Assembly (NCBI GenBank): GCA_965219455.1
Contig: OZ244744.1
Coordinates: 4,032,001-4,096,000, forward strand
Direction of reading: 5' to 3'
Length of the DNA stretch: 64,000 bases
From: Candidatus Latescibacterota bacterium
Lineage (GTDB): Bacteria > Latescibacterota > UBA2968 > GCA-2709665
Shown: positions 9,961 to 19,212 of the stretch, piece by piece
How positions within the stretch are numbered: position 1 is the first letter of the stretch
How the letters are laid out: the number at the start of each line of letters is the position of its first letter
Notes under the pieces: model-generated
Database searches by the model: none
What the model saw: the letters and a program-made list of their open reading frames with translations, nothing else
Told to the model about the DNA's origin: nothing
Made by a program: the position numbers and the translations under genes

Positions 9961-10713
9961 CTACGCTACGGTGACCTCAACCGTATCCGGGCGTTTTCCG
10001 ACGGAGGGAGGCGCCATGAGACGCCGCTGCTGTTCCGTGAGGTCCGGGTATTCCTCGGGGTCGTAATATCCCTGTGACCAGGCCGAGTGCCCTGGGCTGT
10101 ATTTGTAGAGCAGGGCGCGGCGATCGTAATCAGCCGTCCAGGGTTTTGTTCCGTGGATGAGGGCTTCCGTGAAGATGAGCGCGTCACCCACTTCCACTTC
10201 GGGTTGTACCACGTAATGGGCGTCGCGTTCGAAGCGCCGGACGTCCCGGGGCAGGCTGTTGATAAAGTTGGATTTATGGCTGCCAGGGACGCAGACGAAC
10301 CCGCCGTCACCGGCCCTGGCGGGCGAGAGAAAATAGGTGACGACGGTGAGGCCGTTGCGCATCACGCCGTCTCGATATTTGTACCAGTGGTCCCCCTCGA
10401 GGTCGGTTTCGCCGCCGTGCAGCCCTCCGCGCGTCGAACCTTTCTTCATAAAGATGCAGTAGTCGTGGTCGATGCGGAATTTCGGGCCCAGCAACTCGAG
10501 CAGGTACGGCACTATCTCGTGGTGATCCATCAGTGCCTGAAATTCGGGTCCCCAGCAGGAGACCCGATCGACGATGCTCGCCCCGGACTCGGCGCCTTCT
10601 GATAGGATCCCGTCCGCAACTGCGTTCAACCTTTTCAGATCGTCGGCGGTGAGGACGTTCCTGACAACCAGGTAGCCCTCCAGGTCGAAACTGAATTTTT
10701 CTTCGTCGGTCAC
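9961..10713 (-). CDS. PhyH-family Fe(II)/2-oxoglutarate dioxygenase with HGG in place of HxD
   Basis: FDLEGYLVV, VPGSHKSN, FTEALIHGT, RRALLYKY. Confidence 0.85.
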   Translation of the reverse strand: MTDEEKFSFDLEGYLVVRNVLTADDLKRLNAVADGILSEGAESGASIVDRVSCWGPEFQALMDHHEIVPYLLELLGPKFRIDHDYCIFMKKGSTRGGLHGGETDLEGDHWYKYRDGVMRNGLTVVTYFLSPARAGDGGFVCVPGSHKSNFINSLPRDVRRFERDAHYVVQPEVEVGDALIFTEALIHGTKPWTADYDRRALLYKYSPGHSAWSQGYYDPEEYPDLTEQQRRLMAPPSVGKRPDTVEVTVA

Positions 10714-10780
10714 GGTTGCGGCTCCTATTCTCGTTAACTGAGTCCGGAAAAGTGACGAGTGGCGTGTCCGGTCGCGCGCC

Positions 10781-12223
10781 TCAGTGGACCCGAAAGGCCG
10801 GCGACTCGCCCGGAACCGGCGAGTTGTCGAAGGCCCCCCGGTTGCGAACGGTTTCTTCGCCGCCGAAGCGGTTGATCCGTGCCTGCTGGGCTGACTTCGC
10901 GCGGGCGTCCTCGGCTTCGGGATCCAGAAGTTCGCGGAGCCGCCGTTCGAGGGATTTCAGGGTGGTCTGATGGTCCGGGGAAGACGAGAGATCCGTTGTT
11001 TCTTTCGGGTCGTCTTTTAGGTTGAAGAGCTGCGGGGGTTCGTTCACGTAGTGTATGTACTTCCACGTACGATCCCGGAGCATATATGTGGCATTGCGGG
11101 AGCCGACGGCGTGGTATTCGCTGAAAACGGTTCGATTCTCGTCGGCGTTCCGAGCGATCTGCCAAAGGGACCGGCCGGGAAGGGGATCGGGCTCAGGCGC
11201 GGCGGCCGCGCACTCGAGAACCGTGGGAAAGCTATCCACAAGGGATACGGGCGTGCCCACCACGCGGCCCGATGGAACGTCCGGACCGGCGAGGATGAGC
11301 GGGACGGAGGCGGCTTCCTCGTACATGGTGAATTTGCCGAAGAGGCCCCGCGCGCCCAGCGATTCGCCGTGGTCGGAGGTGTAGAGGATTCGGGTCGTGT
11401 CGGCCAGGTTGTGGACTTCGAGCGCGTTCAGGACACGGCCGATCTGACGGTCCAGGTGCGTGCACGTCCCGTAGTAGGCGGCGGTCAGGTTGTGTAATTG
11501 GGGTTCGGTAAAGGGCCGGTCGTAGTTGAAGAAACGGCGGAAGCGGCGTATGGCCGGATGGTCTGGCCAGTCCTCGTGACGCCACTGGGCGGGTAGGGGA
11601 AGCTGCTCCGGCGGATACATCTCGAAGAGATCGCGGGGTGCGACGTAGGGGGGATGTGGACAGACAAAGGAGAGAAACAGGACCCACGGCCTGTCGTTGT
11701 CCTTGCGCTCGGACAGCCAGGCGCACGCTCGGTCGGCGTTTGAAACGTCGTATTGCAGATAGGTGGAGTCTCCGGGGCCGGCGTTGAGAATACCGGTGCG
11801 CTTGTCGCGGAACGGGGGGCGATCCCGGATGCAACTCAGGATGTCCCCAACGCCGTCCACAACGTGAAGCGGATCGATTTCCTGTGAAAAACCGTTATCG
11901 TCCTCCCCGGAGCGGAAGTGCAGTTTACCGATGGAAGCGACCTGAAATCCCTGCTCCCTGAGGCGGTGGCCCCAACTGGGTACGCCGCCATCGTAGGCAA
12001 AGGCGTTGTCCCAGTTTCCGGTCTGGTGGACGTATCGCCCCGTCGCAAGGGAGGCGCGGGCGGGCACGCAGATGGGACAGTTCGTGTAGGCGCTGGCGAA
12101 GCGGGTTCCGCGCCCGGCCAGGCTGTCGATGTTGGGCGTCCGGACGACCGGGTGCCCGTAGCAACCCGTGATGTCCCGCGTGTGCTGGTCGGAGAGGATG
12201 AACAGCAGATTGGCCGGGTTCAT
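10781..12223 (-). CDS. Sulfatase (choline-sulfatase-like)
   Basis: NLLFILSDQH, CPICVPARASLATG, IGKLH, YTSDHGE. Confidence 0.92.
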   Translation of the reverse strand: MNPANLLFILSDQHTRDITGCYGHPVVRTPNIDSLAGRGTRFASAYTNCPICVPARASLATGRYVHQTGNWDNAFAYDGGVPSWGHRLREQGFQVASIGKLHFRSGEDDNGFSQEIDPLHVVDGVGDILSCIRDRPPFRDKRTGILNAGPGDSTYLQYDVSNADRACAWLSERKDNDRPWVLFLSFVCPHPPYVAPRDLFEMYPPEQLPLPAQWRHEDWPDHPAIRRFRRFFNYDRPFTEPQLHNLTAAYYGTCTHLDRQIGRVLNALEVHNLADTTRILYTSDHGESLGARGLFGKFTMYEEAASVPLILAGPDVPSGRVVGTPVSLVDSFPTVLECAAAAPEPDPLPGRSLWQIARNADENRTVFSEYHAVGSRNATYMLRDRTWKYIHYVNEPPQLFNLKDDPKETTDLSSSPDHQTTLKSLERRLRELLDPEAEDARAKSAQQARINRFGGEETVRNRGAFDNSPVPGESPAFRVH

Positions 12224-12429
12224 CCGTCGGGTTCCTCGTTGACCTCAATTTGGTCGGCGGGGATCCACACGACCTTTCCGTCTTTCCAGGTAACGACGGA
12301 ATTCCCGTTGCGTTTGTGATGCAAAAGCGCCTCTCGGACAGCTTCCTTCAAGGCATTGTCTATCAATGTGCCTTCCTTGAAGATTTTACCGATGTCTTTT
12401 TTGGATGACCTTCTCACAGTCTTGTACAC
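12220..12429 (-). CDS. Small basic protein following zeta-like ATPase (candidate antitoxin)
   Basis: Overlaps the end of the zeta-like gene; ALKEAVREALLHHKRNGNSVVTWKDGKVVWI resembles small partners of such ATPases; start may be GTG at 12417. Confidence 0.65.
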   Translation of the reverse strand: MYKTVRRSSKKDIGKIFKEGTLIDNALKEAVREALLHHKRNGNSVVTWKDGKVVWIPADQIEVNEEPDG

Positions 12430-13000
12430 CTTCCTTAATGCGTGTCCACAGATTGACGTCCCGGACTTCGATATCAGCAGTGCTTTCTCCCATTGAGATC
12501 AAACGGGGCCCCGAGGTTGCAGTACTATCGTAAAAACGCCAATCATTCGCAATCGGACGGTACAGTCTGAAAAAGTTACGAAGCCCGGAGTAGTACCGCC
12601 GTCGAATCGTTGAGTCAGGAATGTCGTGACCTCCTGCTCGTACCCGCGCCGCGACTCGCGCGATAGCCACGTCCGGATTAGGCAACCACAAAAATGCCAA
12701 TCGGAAGACATATCCGCTCTGTTTGAGGCGGTCAATCCATGGAGCAAAACCGCGGCTTGCTAGCGTTGACTCAAACGCAAAATCAGCTCGGTTCGAAGCC
12801 AGACGGCGGACCCGTTTCAACATGACACGGCCTGCCTGAAGTGCGGCCGACTCCGGGTGGAAGCCCGAAAGTCCCGATGCAATGGCGTCAGCGTTGACAA
12901 ATTCCGCTACATCCAGCGCATCTCGCAATAGCTGTGGCGCGGCCGTGCTCTTGCCGGCGCCATTGGGTCCTCCAATAACGACAAGCTGCGGACTCGACAT
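12386..13000 (-). CDS. Zeta-toxin-like P-loop ATPase/kinase
   Basis: Walker A GGPNGAGKST, FVNADAIA, FAFESTL, RVRAGGHDIP. Confidence 0.88.
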   Translation of the reverse strand: MSSPQLVVIGGPNGAGKSTAAPQLLRDALDVAEFVNADAIASGLSGFHPESAALQAGRVMLKRVRRLASNRADFAFESTLASRGFAPWIDRLKQSGYVFRLAFLWLPNPDVAIARVAARVRAGGHDIPDSTIRRRYYSGLRNFFRLYRPIANDWRFYDSTATSGPRLISMGESTADIEVRDVNLWTRIKEGVQDCEKVIQKRHR

Positions 13001-13191
13001 AGCCGTCACAGGGATAGTCAGATGGGAAAGGTCGCCCTTGGTTCGCCTTCCACGCGAGCGCGGGTCTCAATATAACGGAGCGAATTGCCATTTTGCAAGG
13101 CTTTTGCCTGAGGGATGCGCTCGTTTCCTGCGGACGGTTTATCTGATGGCCCCTGTCTCGTGTACTACTGGCGGAAGCGGGTGATTGTGCC

Positions 13192-13220
13192 TTGTAAACG
13201 GATTTCAGAGAGGCTATATT
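13192..13220 (+). promoter_or_regulatory. Putative sigma70 promoter of pdxJ
   Basis: TTGTAA-17 nt-TATATT about 70 nt upstream of the ATG. Confidence 0.45.
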
Positions 13221-13289
13221 TCAAGTGAATCACGATACCCGCATCTGGCGGACACAACCTGAAATTGGAATCCAGGAAAGGCAACTGAG

Positions 13290-14018
13290 ATGACCCGACT
13301 CAGCGTGAACGTTAACAAGGTGGCGCTGCTCCGGAATACCCGGACGATCGGCATCCCGAGCGTGACCCGGGCCGCTCAGATCTGCATCGAAGCCGGAGCG
13401 TACGGTATTACCGTTCATCCCCGGCCCGACCAGCGGCACATCCGGCCCTCGGACGTGTACGAATTGAACGCGCTCGTTACGGACGTGGAGTTCAACATCG
13501 AGGGGAACCCCTTCGAGGAAGGGTACCTGGACATTGTACGGAATATAAGACCCACACAGTGCACGCTGGTGCCGGATTCGCCGGACGCGTTTACGTCGGA
13601 TCACGGCTGGAATCTCTCCGGAGAGGGGGACCGCCTGCAGCCCGTTATTCAGGAGTTGAAGGCGCTGGGCAGCCGCGTGAGCCTGTTTATGGACTACGAC
13701 TCGGACGAGATCCCGAGAGCCGCTCAGGTGGGGGCGGACCGAATCGAGCTGTACACGGAGCCGTTTGCGGATGCGTTTCGAGAGGATAAGGATCCGGAGG
13801 CCGTCTTTGAGGGTTACGCAAACGCGGCCCGGTTCGCTCAGGATGCGGGACTGGGCGTCAACGCGGGGCACGATCTGAACCTGGCAAACCTGGGCAGATT
13901 CTGTTCAATCCCCGGCGTCCTGGAAGTATCGATCGGCCACGCGCTGATCGGCGAAGCGCTGGAGATGGGGTTGGCGAACACGGTGAAAGCGTATCTGGAT
14001 GTCCTTGCGAAGACGTGA
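13290..14018 (+). CDS. pdxJ: Pyridoxine 5'-phosphate synthase
   Basis: LSVNVNKVALLRN, ITVHPRPDQRHI, FNIEGNP, RIELYT, VNAGHDL, EVSIGHALI. Confidence 0.96.
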   Translation: MTRLSVNVNKVALLRNTRTIGIPSVTRAAQICIEAGAYGITVHPRPDQRHIRPSDVYELNALVTDVEFNIEGNPFEEGYLDIVRNIRPTQCTLVPDSPDAFTSDHGWNLSGEGDRLQPVIQELKALGSRVSLFMDYDSDEIPRAAQVGADRIELYTEPFADAFREDKDPEAVFEGYANAARFAQDAGLGVNAGHDLNLANLGRFCSIPGVLEVSIGHALIGEALEMGLANTVKAYLDVLAKT

Positions 14019-14024
14019 CCGGGC

Positions 14025-15206
14025 TCAGTGAAGACCGCCCGCGTGCAGGTCCATGGCCAGGCTGCGGTAGTCTCGAATGCGGTGAATCGTGCAGAGGTCG
14101 GCGTCGTGCTGGTCTCCCGAGTCCCGGCTGGTCCGCGAGAGCACAACGATGTCGTCCCCGTCCACGACGGCGCTGGGATACATGAAGCTGCGGTAGACGT
14201 TGTCCGGCCAGCGGGCCACGCAACCGGCCGGGAACCAGTTGAGGCAGTCGATGCCGTAGTGCAGATAGAGCCACCGCCGTTCGTTGCCCGGGCCTCCGTG
14301 ATAGCCGGATTCGCGCATGCGTTCACCCCAGCCCAGAATGTCCTGGGAGTTGGTGATGAGGTTGCTCAGCATCCAGTACATGGATTCTGATCGATCGTGG
14401 ATGACGTAGAACTTGCACTGCGCGCCCGGCCAGGCCGCAAATTGCGCAAAGCTCAGGCGGTGCGCCTCCGGATCGTAGTCGAATACGGCGGCAATATGGG
14501 CGGCGGCGTATTCGTCGAATACACACCGGCAGAAGGCGCGGATACGGCCGTTGACTTCTACCGTGTTGGGTTCCAGCCACACGAGCGGGTCTCTCCACCC
14601 GCCAGAAAGCTGGGGGCGTTCGCCGTCTGGAAAGAGATTGCGGGTCATCGTGGCGGGGATCTCCGGCTGGTGTACAATATTGGAGAGCTTCCATGCTCCC
14701 GGATCGAGGGGCGACATGCTCCGATCCAGGCGGAGCATTGTCTTTCCGCCGTGCCCCTGGTTGGGCAGGTCGTAGTCCATGGCCCAGTAGAGGGCCTCTG
14801 GGCGAAGAACACGGGACGTGGAGATGTTCCAGATGGGACCTTCAATGACCGTTACGGGATCGGTCCAGCTTCCGCCTCTGTCGTCGCTGGCCACAACGAG
14901 GAAGTCTTTGTGGCATTTTTCCTGGACGAACATGAGGAGTTGCCCGTCCAGTACGAAGGGTGTGGCCTCTTCGTAGGGCAGTCCGGGCAGTTCCTCCCAG
15001 GTACGGCCCCCGTCTTCGCTCCGGAGGAGCCGCAGACGGCGGCAATAATCCCAACCCGGGCGGTGCCATTGCGGCGCGGCCAGCAGCAGCGTGCCGTCGT
15101 CCAGGCGGGCCAGGTCGGGGTCGTGGAAGAAATACCGCGCCGGATCGGGCACGCGCGCCGCAATGACGAAATCCTGGGCGAGCGGTTGAACGTTCGGATT
15201 GGACAT
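14025..15206 (-). CDS. Sialidase-like BNR/Asp-box beta-propeller hydrolase
   Basis: Asp-boxes SEDGGRTW and SDDRGGSW. Confidence 0.7.
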   Translation of the reverse strand: MSNPNVQPLAQDFVIAARVPDPARYFFHDPDLARLDDGTLLLAAPQWHRPGWDYCRRLRLLRSEDGGRTWEELPGLPYEEATPFVLDGQLLMFVQEKCHKDFLVVASDDRGGSWTDPVTVIEGPIWNISTSRVLRPEALYWAMDYDLPNQGHGGKTMLRLDRSMSPLDPGAWKLSNIVHQPEIPATMTRNLFPDGERPQLSGGWRDPLVWLEPNTVEVNGRIRAFCRCVFDEYAAAHIAAVFDYDPEAHRLSFAQFAAWPGAQCKFYVIHDRSESMYWMLSNLITNSQDILGWGERMRESGYHGGPGNERRWLYLHYGIDCLNWFPAGCVARWPDNVYRSFMYPSAVVDGDDIVVLSRTSRDSGDQHDADLCTIHRIRDYRSLAMDLHAGGLH

Positions 15207-15256
15207 TGGATTCCTCCGGACGAATGGTTGGCTAAACCGGTAAATGAGGAGGCGAG

Positions 15257-16000
15257 ATGACCCCGGAACAGAAATATCTCTTCGACCTGCAGGGCTACGT
15301 TGTCATGGAGCAGGTCGTACCACCGGCGCTGGTGGCGGCCTGCAACGCCGCACTGGACCGGTTCGAGACGATGAACCCCTCGGATTACCCCCCGCCGCTG
15401 GTCCTCGGCCAGGAGCGTTCGCCCGAAAACCTCTACATTTCGAACGTCATCGAGGGCGACGACGCGTTGGTTCCGTTGATGGATCTGCCCGAATTGCTGG
15501 GCGCCGTCGCATGCGTCACCGGCGGTCCGTATCGCCTCAACCACACCTACACCATCTATCGGTGGGGTGGCGGCTATACCGGGATGCACATGCACGGTAC
15601 GCCGATCATCCCGAAATGCCAGTACCACTGCCGCAACGGCCAGATGGTGTCAACGCTCACCAAGGCGGTGTTCCCGATGCTCGATTGCGGGCCCGAAGAC
15701 GGCTGCTTCGCGGTGATCCCGGGGGCGCACAAGAGCAATTTCGTGAGGCCATGGGGCAGTCATCCGAATGAGATTCCCCCGTTACGGGCCGTTCCGGCCC
15801 GCGCCGGCGACGTCATTCTGTTTACGGAAGCGCTTACCCACGGGTCCACGGTAAACGTGTCCGGACGTCCACGCCGCAGCCTCTACTACTGCTACAGCAT
15901 CGGCTATATGCCGGATTGGGGCGGACAGCATCTGCGTTTCAGCCCCGGCTTCGCCGACCGCCTCAGCCCGTCCCAACGCGAGATCATATCTCTGAAATAA
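15257..16000 (+). CDS. PhyH-family dioxygenase with HMH in place of HxD
   Basis: FDLQGYVVM, IPGAHKSN, FTEALTHGS, RRSLYYCY; GAGGAGG RBS. Confidence 0.85.
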   Translation: MTPEQKYLFDLQGYVVMEQVVPPALVAACNAALDRFETMNPSDYPPPLVLGQERSPENLYISNVIEGDDALVPLMDLPELLGAVACVTGGPYRLNHTYTIYRWGGGYTGMHMHGTPIIPKCQYHCRNGQMVSTLTKAVFPMLDCGPEDGCFAVIPGAHKSNFVRPWGSHPNEIPPLRAVPARAGDVILFTEALTHGSTVNVSGRPRRSLYYCYSIGYMPDWGGQHLRFSPGFADRLSPSQREIISLK

Positions 16001-16061
16001 AATATCACCAACGTCGTGTGAGGTAAGACGCAAGAAGAACAGCCCGCGTCCATGTTGGATT

Positions 16062-16149
16062 TGTAGGGGCGACCCATGGGTCGCCCTGTCTGCATAAACG
16101 CCGAAAATCGTGGTCGTCGGTTCTTGTAGGGGCGGTTCGCGAACCGCCC
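16062..16149. repeat. Pair of GTAG-type REP-like palindromes
   Basis: TGTAGGGGCGACCCATGGGTCGCCC (16062-16086) and TGTAGGGGCGGTTCGCGAACCGCCC (16125-16149). Confidence 0.78.
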
Positions 16150-16218
16150 GGCGGTGTGGCCGCCAGCGGCGCGAGACCCATCATTCGTCTATCTTCGATA
16201 TTCCCGGCCTTCGGCCGT

Positions 16219-16617
16219 TCATCGCCGCCTTTTGTAAACCTTCCCGTGCCCTTCCCGTATCAGGACCTTCGCGAGGTCGGATCCATCCTGCAGCCGGACG
16301 GTCGCCACGACGCGCCCGGAGAAGTTGCCCTGCTTCACGTTTTCGAGGAAAACGGTTTTGCCGATCCGTGACCGGACAAAATCGCGGGCAAGCAACGCGC
16401 GTTTCTTTTCCCTCTTGCTCTTCGTCTGAATCTCCGGCGTATCCACGCCCCGCACGCGTACCTTGCCCCGCCAGGTCAGGCCCGGCCAGAGGGCCACGTC
16501 AACGGTGAACGTATCGCCATCGTAGACGGAAACCACGGTTGCCACATGCCTGGCGTACATCCGCGGTTTCCCTTCGGCTGTCGATAGCAGGGCGAGAAAA
16601 ACGAGAATCCATACCAT
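16219..16617 (-). CDS. Thermonuclease (SNase-like) with signal peptide
   Basis: Hydrophobic N-terminus, VVSVYDGDT, VRVRGVDTPE, GRVVA, LAKVLIREGHG; start trimmed to MVWILVFL. Confidence 0.85.
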   Translation of the reverse strand: MVWILVFLALLSTAEGKPRMYARHVATVVSVYDGDTFTVDVALWPGLTWRGKVRVRGVDTPEIQTKSKREKKRALLARDFVRSRIGKTVFLENVKQGNFSGRVVATVRLQDGSDLAKVLIREGHGKVYKRRR

Positions 16618-16657
16618 AGCGCGCTCCGGAAGATGGCTTGAGAACTGGAAACACATC

Positions 16658-16686
16658 AGTATATTGCAATCGTACCTGTCTGTCAA
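16658..16686 (-). promoter_or_regulatory. Near-consensus sigma70 promoter of the nuclease gene
   Basis: TTGACA-17 nt-TATACT on the minus strand, about 40 nt upstream of the ATG. Confidence 0.7.
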
Positions 16687-16821
16687 CCACCGGTCGAGGC
16701 ACGCTCGTTGGGACGTCTGCGCGATAAAGCAACATTGCTTGCCGGAGCAAGATATCTGTTCGGTTTCCAATGAACACAAGAAATATTGTGATACCAAAAG
16801 ATTTTTTGTATATTGACTGCT

Positions 16822-18327
16822 ATGACCAGAATCCTGATCAGCTGGATCGGCCGGGCCGATCTTCGAGCGCCCACGGAAGATCCGGTCGTCGGCAATGGGC
16901 CGGTCGCGCAGGCGCTCGGCGTGCGCGAATTCGACGCTGTTGTGTTGATAAGCGACTACGCTGAAAACGTGTCGGCGCCGTTTCTCGAATGGCTCCGGCC
17001 GTGGACCCGGGCCACGGTTGCGGTTCGCCACGAGCCGCTTTCAGGCCCCACCGAATTCGGCGAGATTTACGAGGCCGCCGTTCGGGTTGTGACCGGGGCG
17101 CGGGCGAGTCATGGGACGGAAGCGAAACTGACCTTCCATCTCAGTCCCGGCACCCCAGCCATGGCGGCAATCTGGATCATCCTGGCCAAAACGCGTTTTC
17201 CCGCCGAACTGATCGAGTCTTCGCCGGAGGACGGCGTGCGAACGGCGTCTGTGCCGTTCGACATCTCGGCCGAGTTCATCCCCGACCTCCTCCGGGGCCC
17301 GGACAAGCGTCTCGAAAAAGCGACGGCCGGACTCCCGCCGGAGGCGCCGGAATTCGCCGATATCATTCACCGAAGCGCGGCCATGGTCCACGTCATCGCC
17401 AGGGCGCGACGCGTGGCGCCGCGATCGGTGCCGGTTCTCATCCAGGGCGAGTCCGGCACCGGAAAGGAATTGCTGGCACGGGCGATCCACCGGGCAAGTC
17501 CACGGCGGGATCGGTCCTTCCTCGCGGTCAACTGTGGCGCGATACCCGCGGAACTGGTGGAATCCGAACTGTTCGGGCACGAAAAAGGCGCGTTCACGGG
17601 CGCGGATCGGGCGAGGGTCGGCTATTTCGAGGCCGCCGATGGTGGCTCGCTTTTCCTCGACGAAGTCGGCGAACTTTCCATGCTCGCCCAAGTCAAATTT
17701 CTCCGGATTCTCCAGGACGGAAAGGTCCTGGCCGTGGGTTCGAGGTCGCATCGCGACGTGGACGTTAGAATCATCGCAGCAACGAATCGGAGTCTGGCGG
17801 GAGAGGTCGCGGAGGGCCGGTTCAGGGAGGATCTGTTCTACCGTCTGGCCGTGGCGGACCTGAAGCTGCCGGCACTGCGAGAACGTGAGGGCGACCTGAG
17901 CCTTCTAGTGGAACGACTGCTGGAACAGGTCAACGGGGAACACGCGAATCAGCCGGGGTTTGAGCCCAAGAAAATTTCTCCAGGCGCAAGAAATCTTATT
18001 CTCGCGCATCCCTGGCCCGGCAACGTCCGAGAACTCCTGAACACGCTTCACCGGGCAGCGCTGTGGACCTCCGGGTCAACCATCAGGAGCGAAGACGTGC
18101 GGGAGGCGTTGCTGCCCACGGTGAGTCCCGTGGAATCGAAGATCCTCGAACGCCCGCTCGGCGATGACCTTAGCCTGCCGGAACTGATGGCTTCGGTGGC
18201 GCGGCACTACCTTGCGCGGGCACTGGATGAGACACAGGGAAACAAGTCGCGGGCGGCCCGGCTCGTAGGTCTCCCCAGCTACCAGACGTTTACGAATTGG
18301 CTGAAGAAATACGGCGTGGATCGATAA
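16822..18327 (+). CDS. Sigma54-dependent activator (bEBP) with RtcR/CARF-like N-terminal domain and Fis-type HTH
   Basis: [38 protein letters not shown]; N-terminal [12 protein letters not shown]; C-terminal [11 protein letters not shown]. Confidence 0.9.
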   Translation: MTRILISWIGRADLRAPTEDPVVGNGPVAQALGVREFDAVVLISDYAENVSAPFLEWLRPWTRATVAVRHEPLSGPTEFGEIYEAAVRVVTGARASHGTEAKLTFHLSPGTPAMAAIWIILAKTRFPAELIESSPEDGVRTASVPFDISAEFIPDLLRGPDKRLEKATAGLPPEAPEFADIIHRSAAMVHVIARARRVAPRSVPVLIQGESGTGKELLARAIHRASPRRDRSFLAVNCGAIPAELVESELFGHEKGAFTGADRARVGYFEAADGGSLFLDEVGELSMLAQVKFLRILQDGKVLAVGSRSHRDVDVRIIAATNRSLAGEVAEGRFREDLFYRLAVADLKLPALREREGDLSLLVERLLEQVNGEHANQPGFEPKKISPGARNLILAHPWPGNVRELLNTLHRAALWTSGSTIRSEDVREALLPTVSPVESKILERPLGDDLSLPELMASVARHYLARALDETQGNKSRAARLVGLPSYQTFTNWLKKYGVDR

Positions 18328-18501
18328 TCGCGTACCGTCCGTCAGATGGACGATGTTCGCAATATCGAACGAGGGCAATGGGCAGGAACAAAAGCAGGCG
18401 GGTCGTGGCGCACGATCGGTCAACCGCGATCACACGTCAGCAATGAAGAAGGCGGACGAAAGCGTCCGCCATTGTCACAGACACATCAAGCGTACATTTC
18501 C

Positions 18502-19212
18502 ATGAACAACATCGAATGGATCTTTCTGGACCTGGGCTGGACGCTCGTGGATGAAACCCGGGCGCACCGGGCGCGTATCAAGGGTGTGCGTGAACACATC
18601 GCGGGGTTCGGCCTCCAATATACCGTCGACGAACTCATGCGGTTGTGTGAGCAGGCGGCGACGGATTTCGCCCCAAGCCCGTTTCGCGGCATGCTGTCGC
18701 GGCTGAATCTGACCGGTGATCAGATTCGTGGCGTTGACAGTTCCGTACGTTACGAGCACGAAAACGAAGTCCTGTATCCCGGTGTCCCGGAACTTCTCGC
18801 GTCGCTATCCCGCCGATTCAAGCTCGGCATCATCGCCAACCAATCCGAGGGTACCGAAAAGCGACTCGCGCGATGGCGCATCCGGGACCCTTTCTCTCTT
18901 GTCTTCGCGTCCGCCGAGTTTGGCCTTTCGAAGCCCGATCCTGCGGTCTTCCGGAGGGCCATCTCCCTGGCCGGGTGCGCCCCGGAGCGCGCATTGATGG
19001 TTGGCGACCGGCTCGATAACGATATCGGGCCCGCGAAATCTCAGGGGTGGAGGACGATTCGCGTGTTGCAGGGTTTTTCGCGGTTTCAGGCGCCCCGGCG
19101 CCCCGAGGAGATACCCGATGTCACCATCCCGTCAATCCAGGGACTCTCGGACGTCCGGCAGATAGGGCGACCGCACCACAGCCCCGGCGCCACGATTCGA
19201 GGGCCGGTATGA
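18502..19212 (+). CDS. HAD-family hydrolase
   Basis: FLDLGWTLVDE, IIANQ, KPDPAVF, MVGDRLDNDI. Confidence 0.88.
   Translation: MNNIEWIFLDLGWTLVDETRAHRARIKGVREHIAGFGLQYTVDELMRLCEQAATDFAPSPFRGMLSRLNLTGDQIRGVDSSVRYEHENEVLYPGVPELLASLSRRFKLGIIANQSEGTEKRLARWRIRDPFSLVFASAEFGLSKPDPAVFRRAISLAGCAPERALMVGDRLDNDIGPAKSQGWRTIRVLQGFSRFQAPRRPEEIPDVTIPSIQGLSDVRQIGRPHHSPGATIRGPV

Noticed and set aside
16698-16712. GGCACGCTCGTTGG as a plus-strand sigma54 promoter
   Set aside because: The -12 element is GG rather than GC
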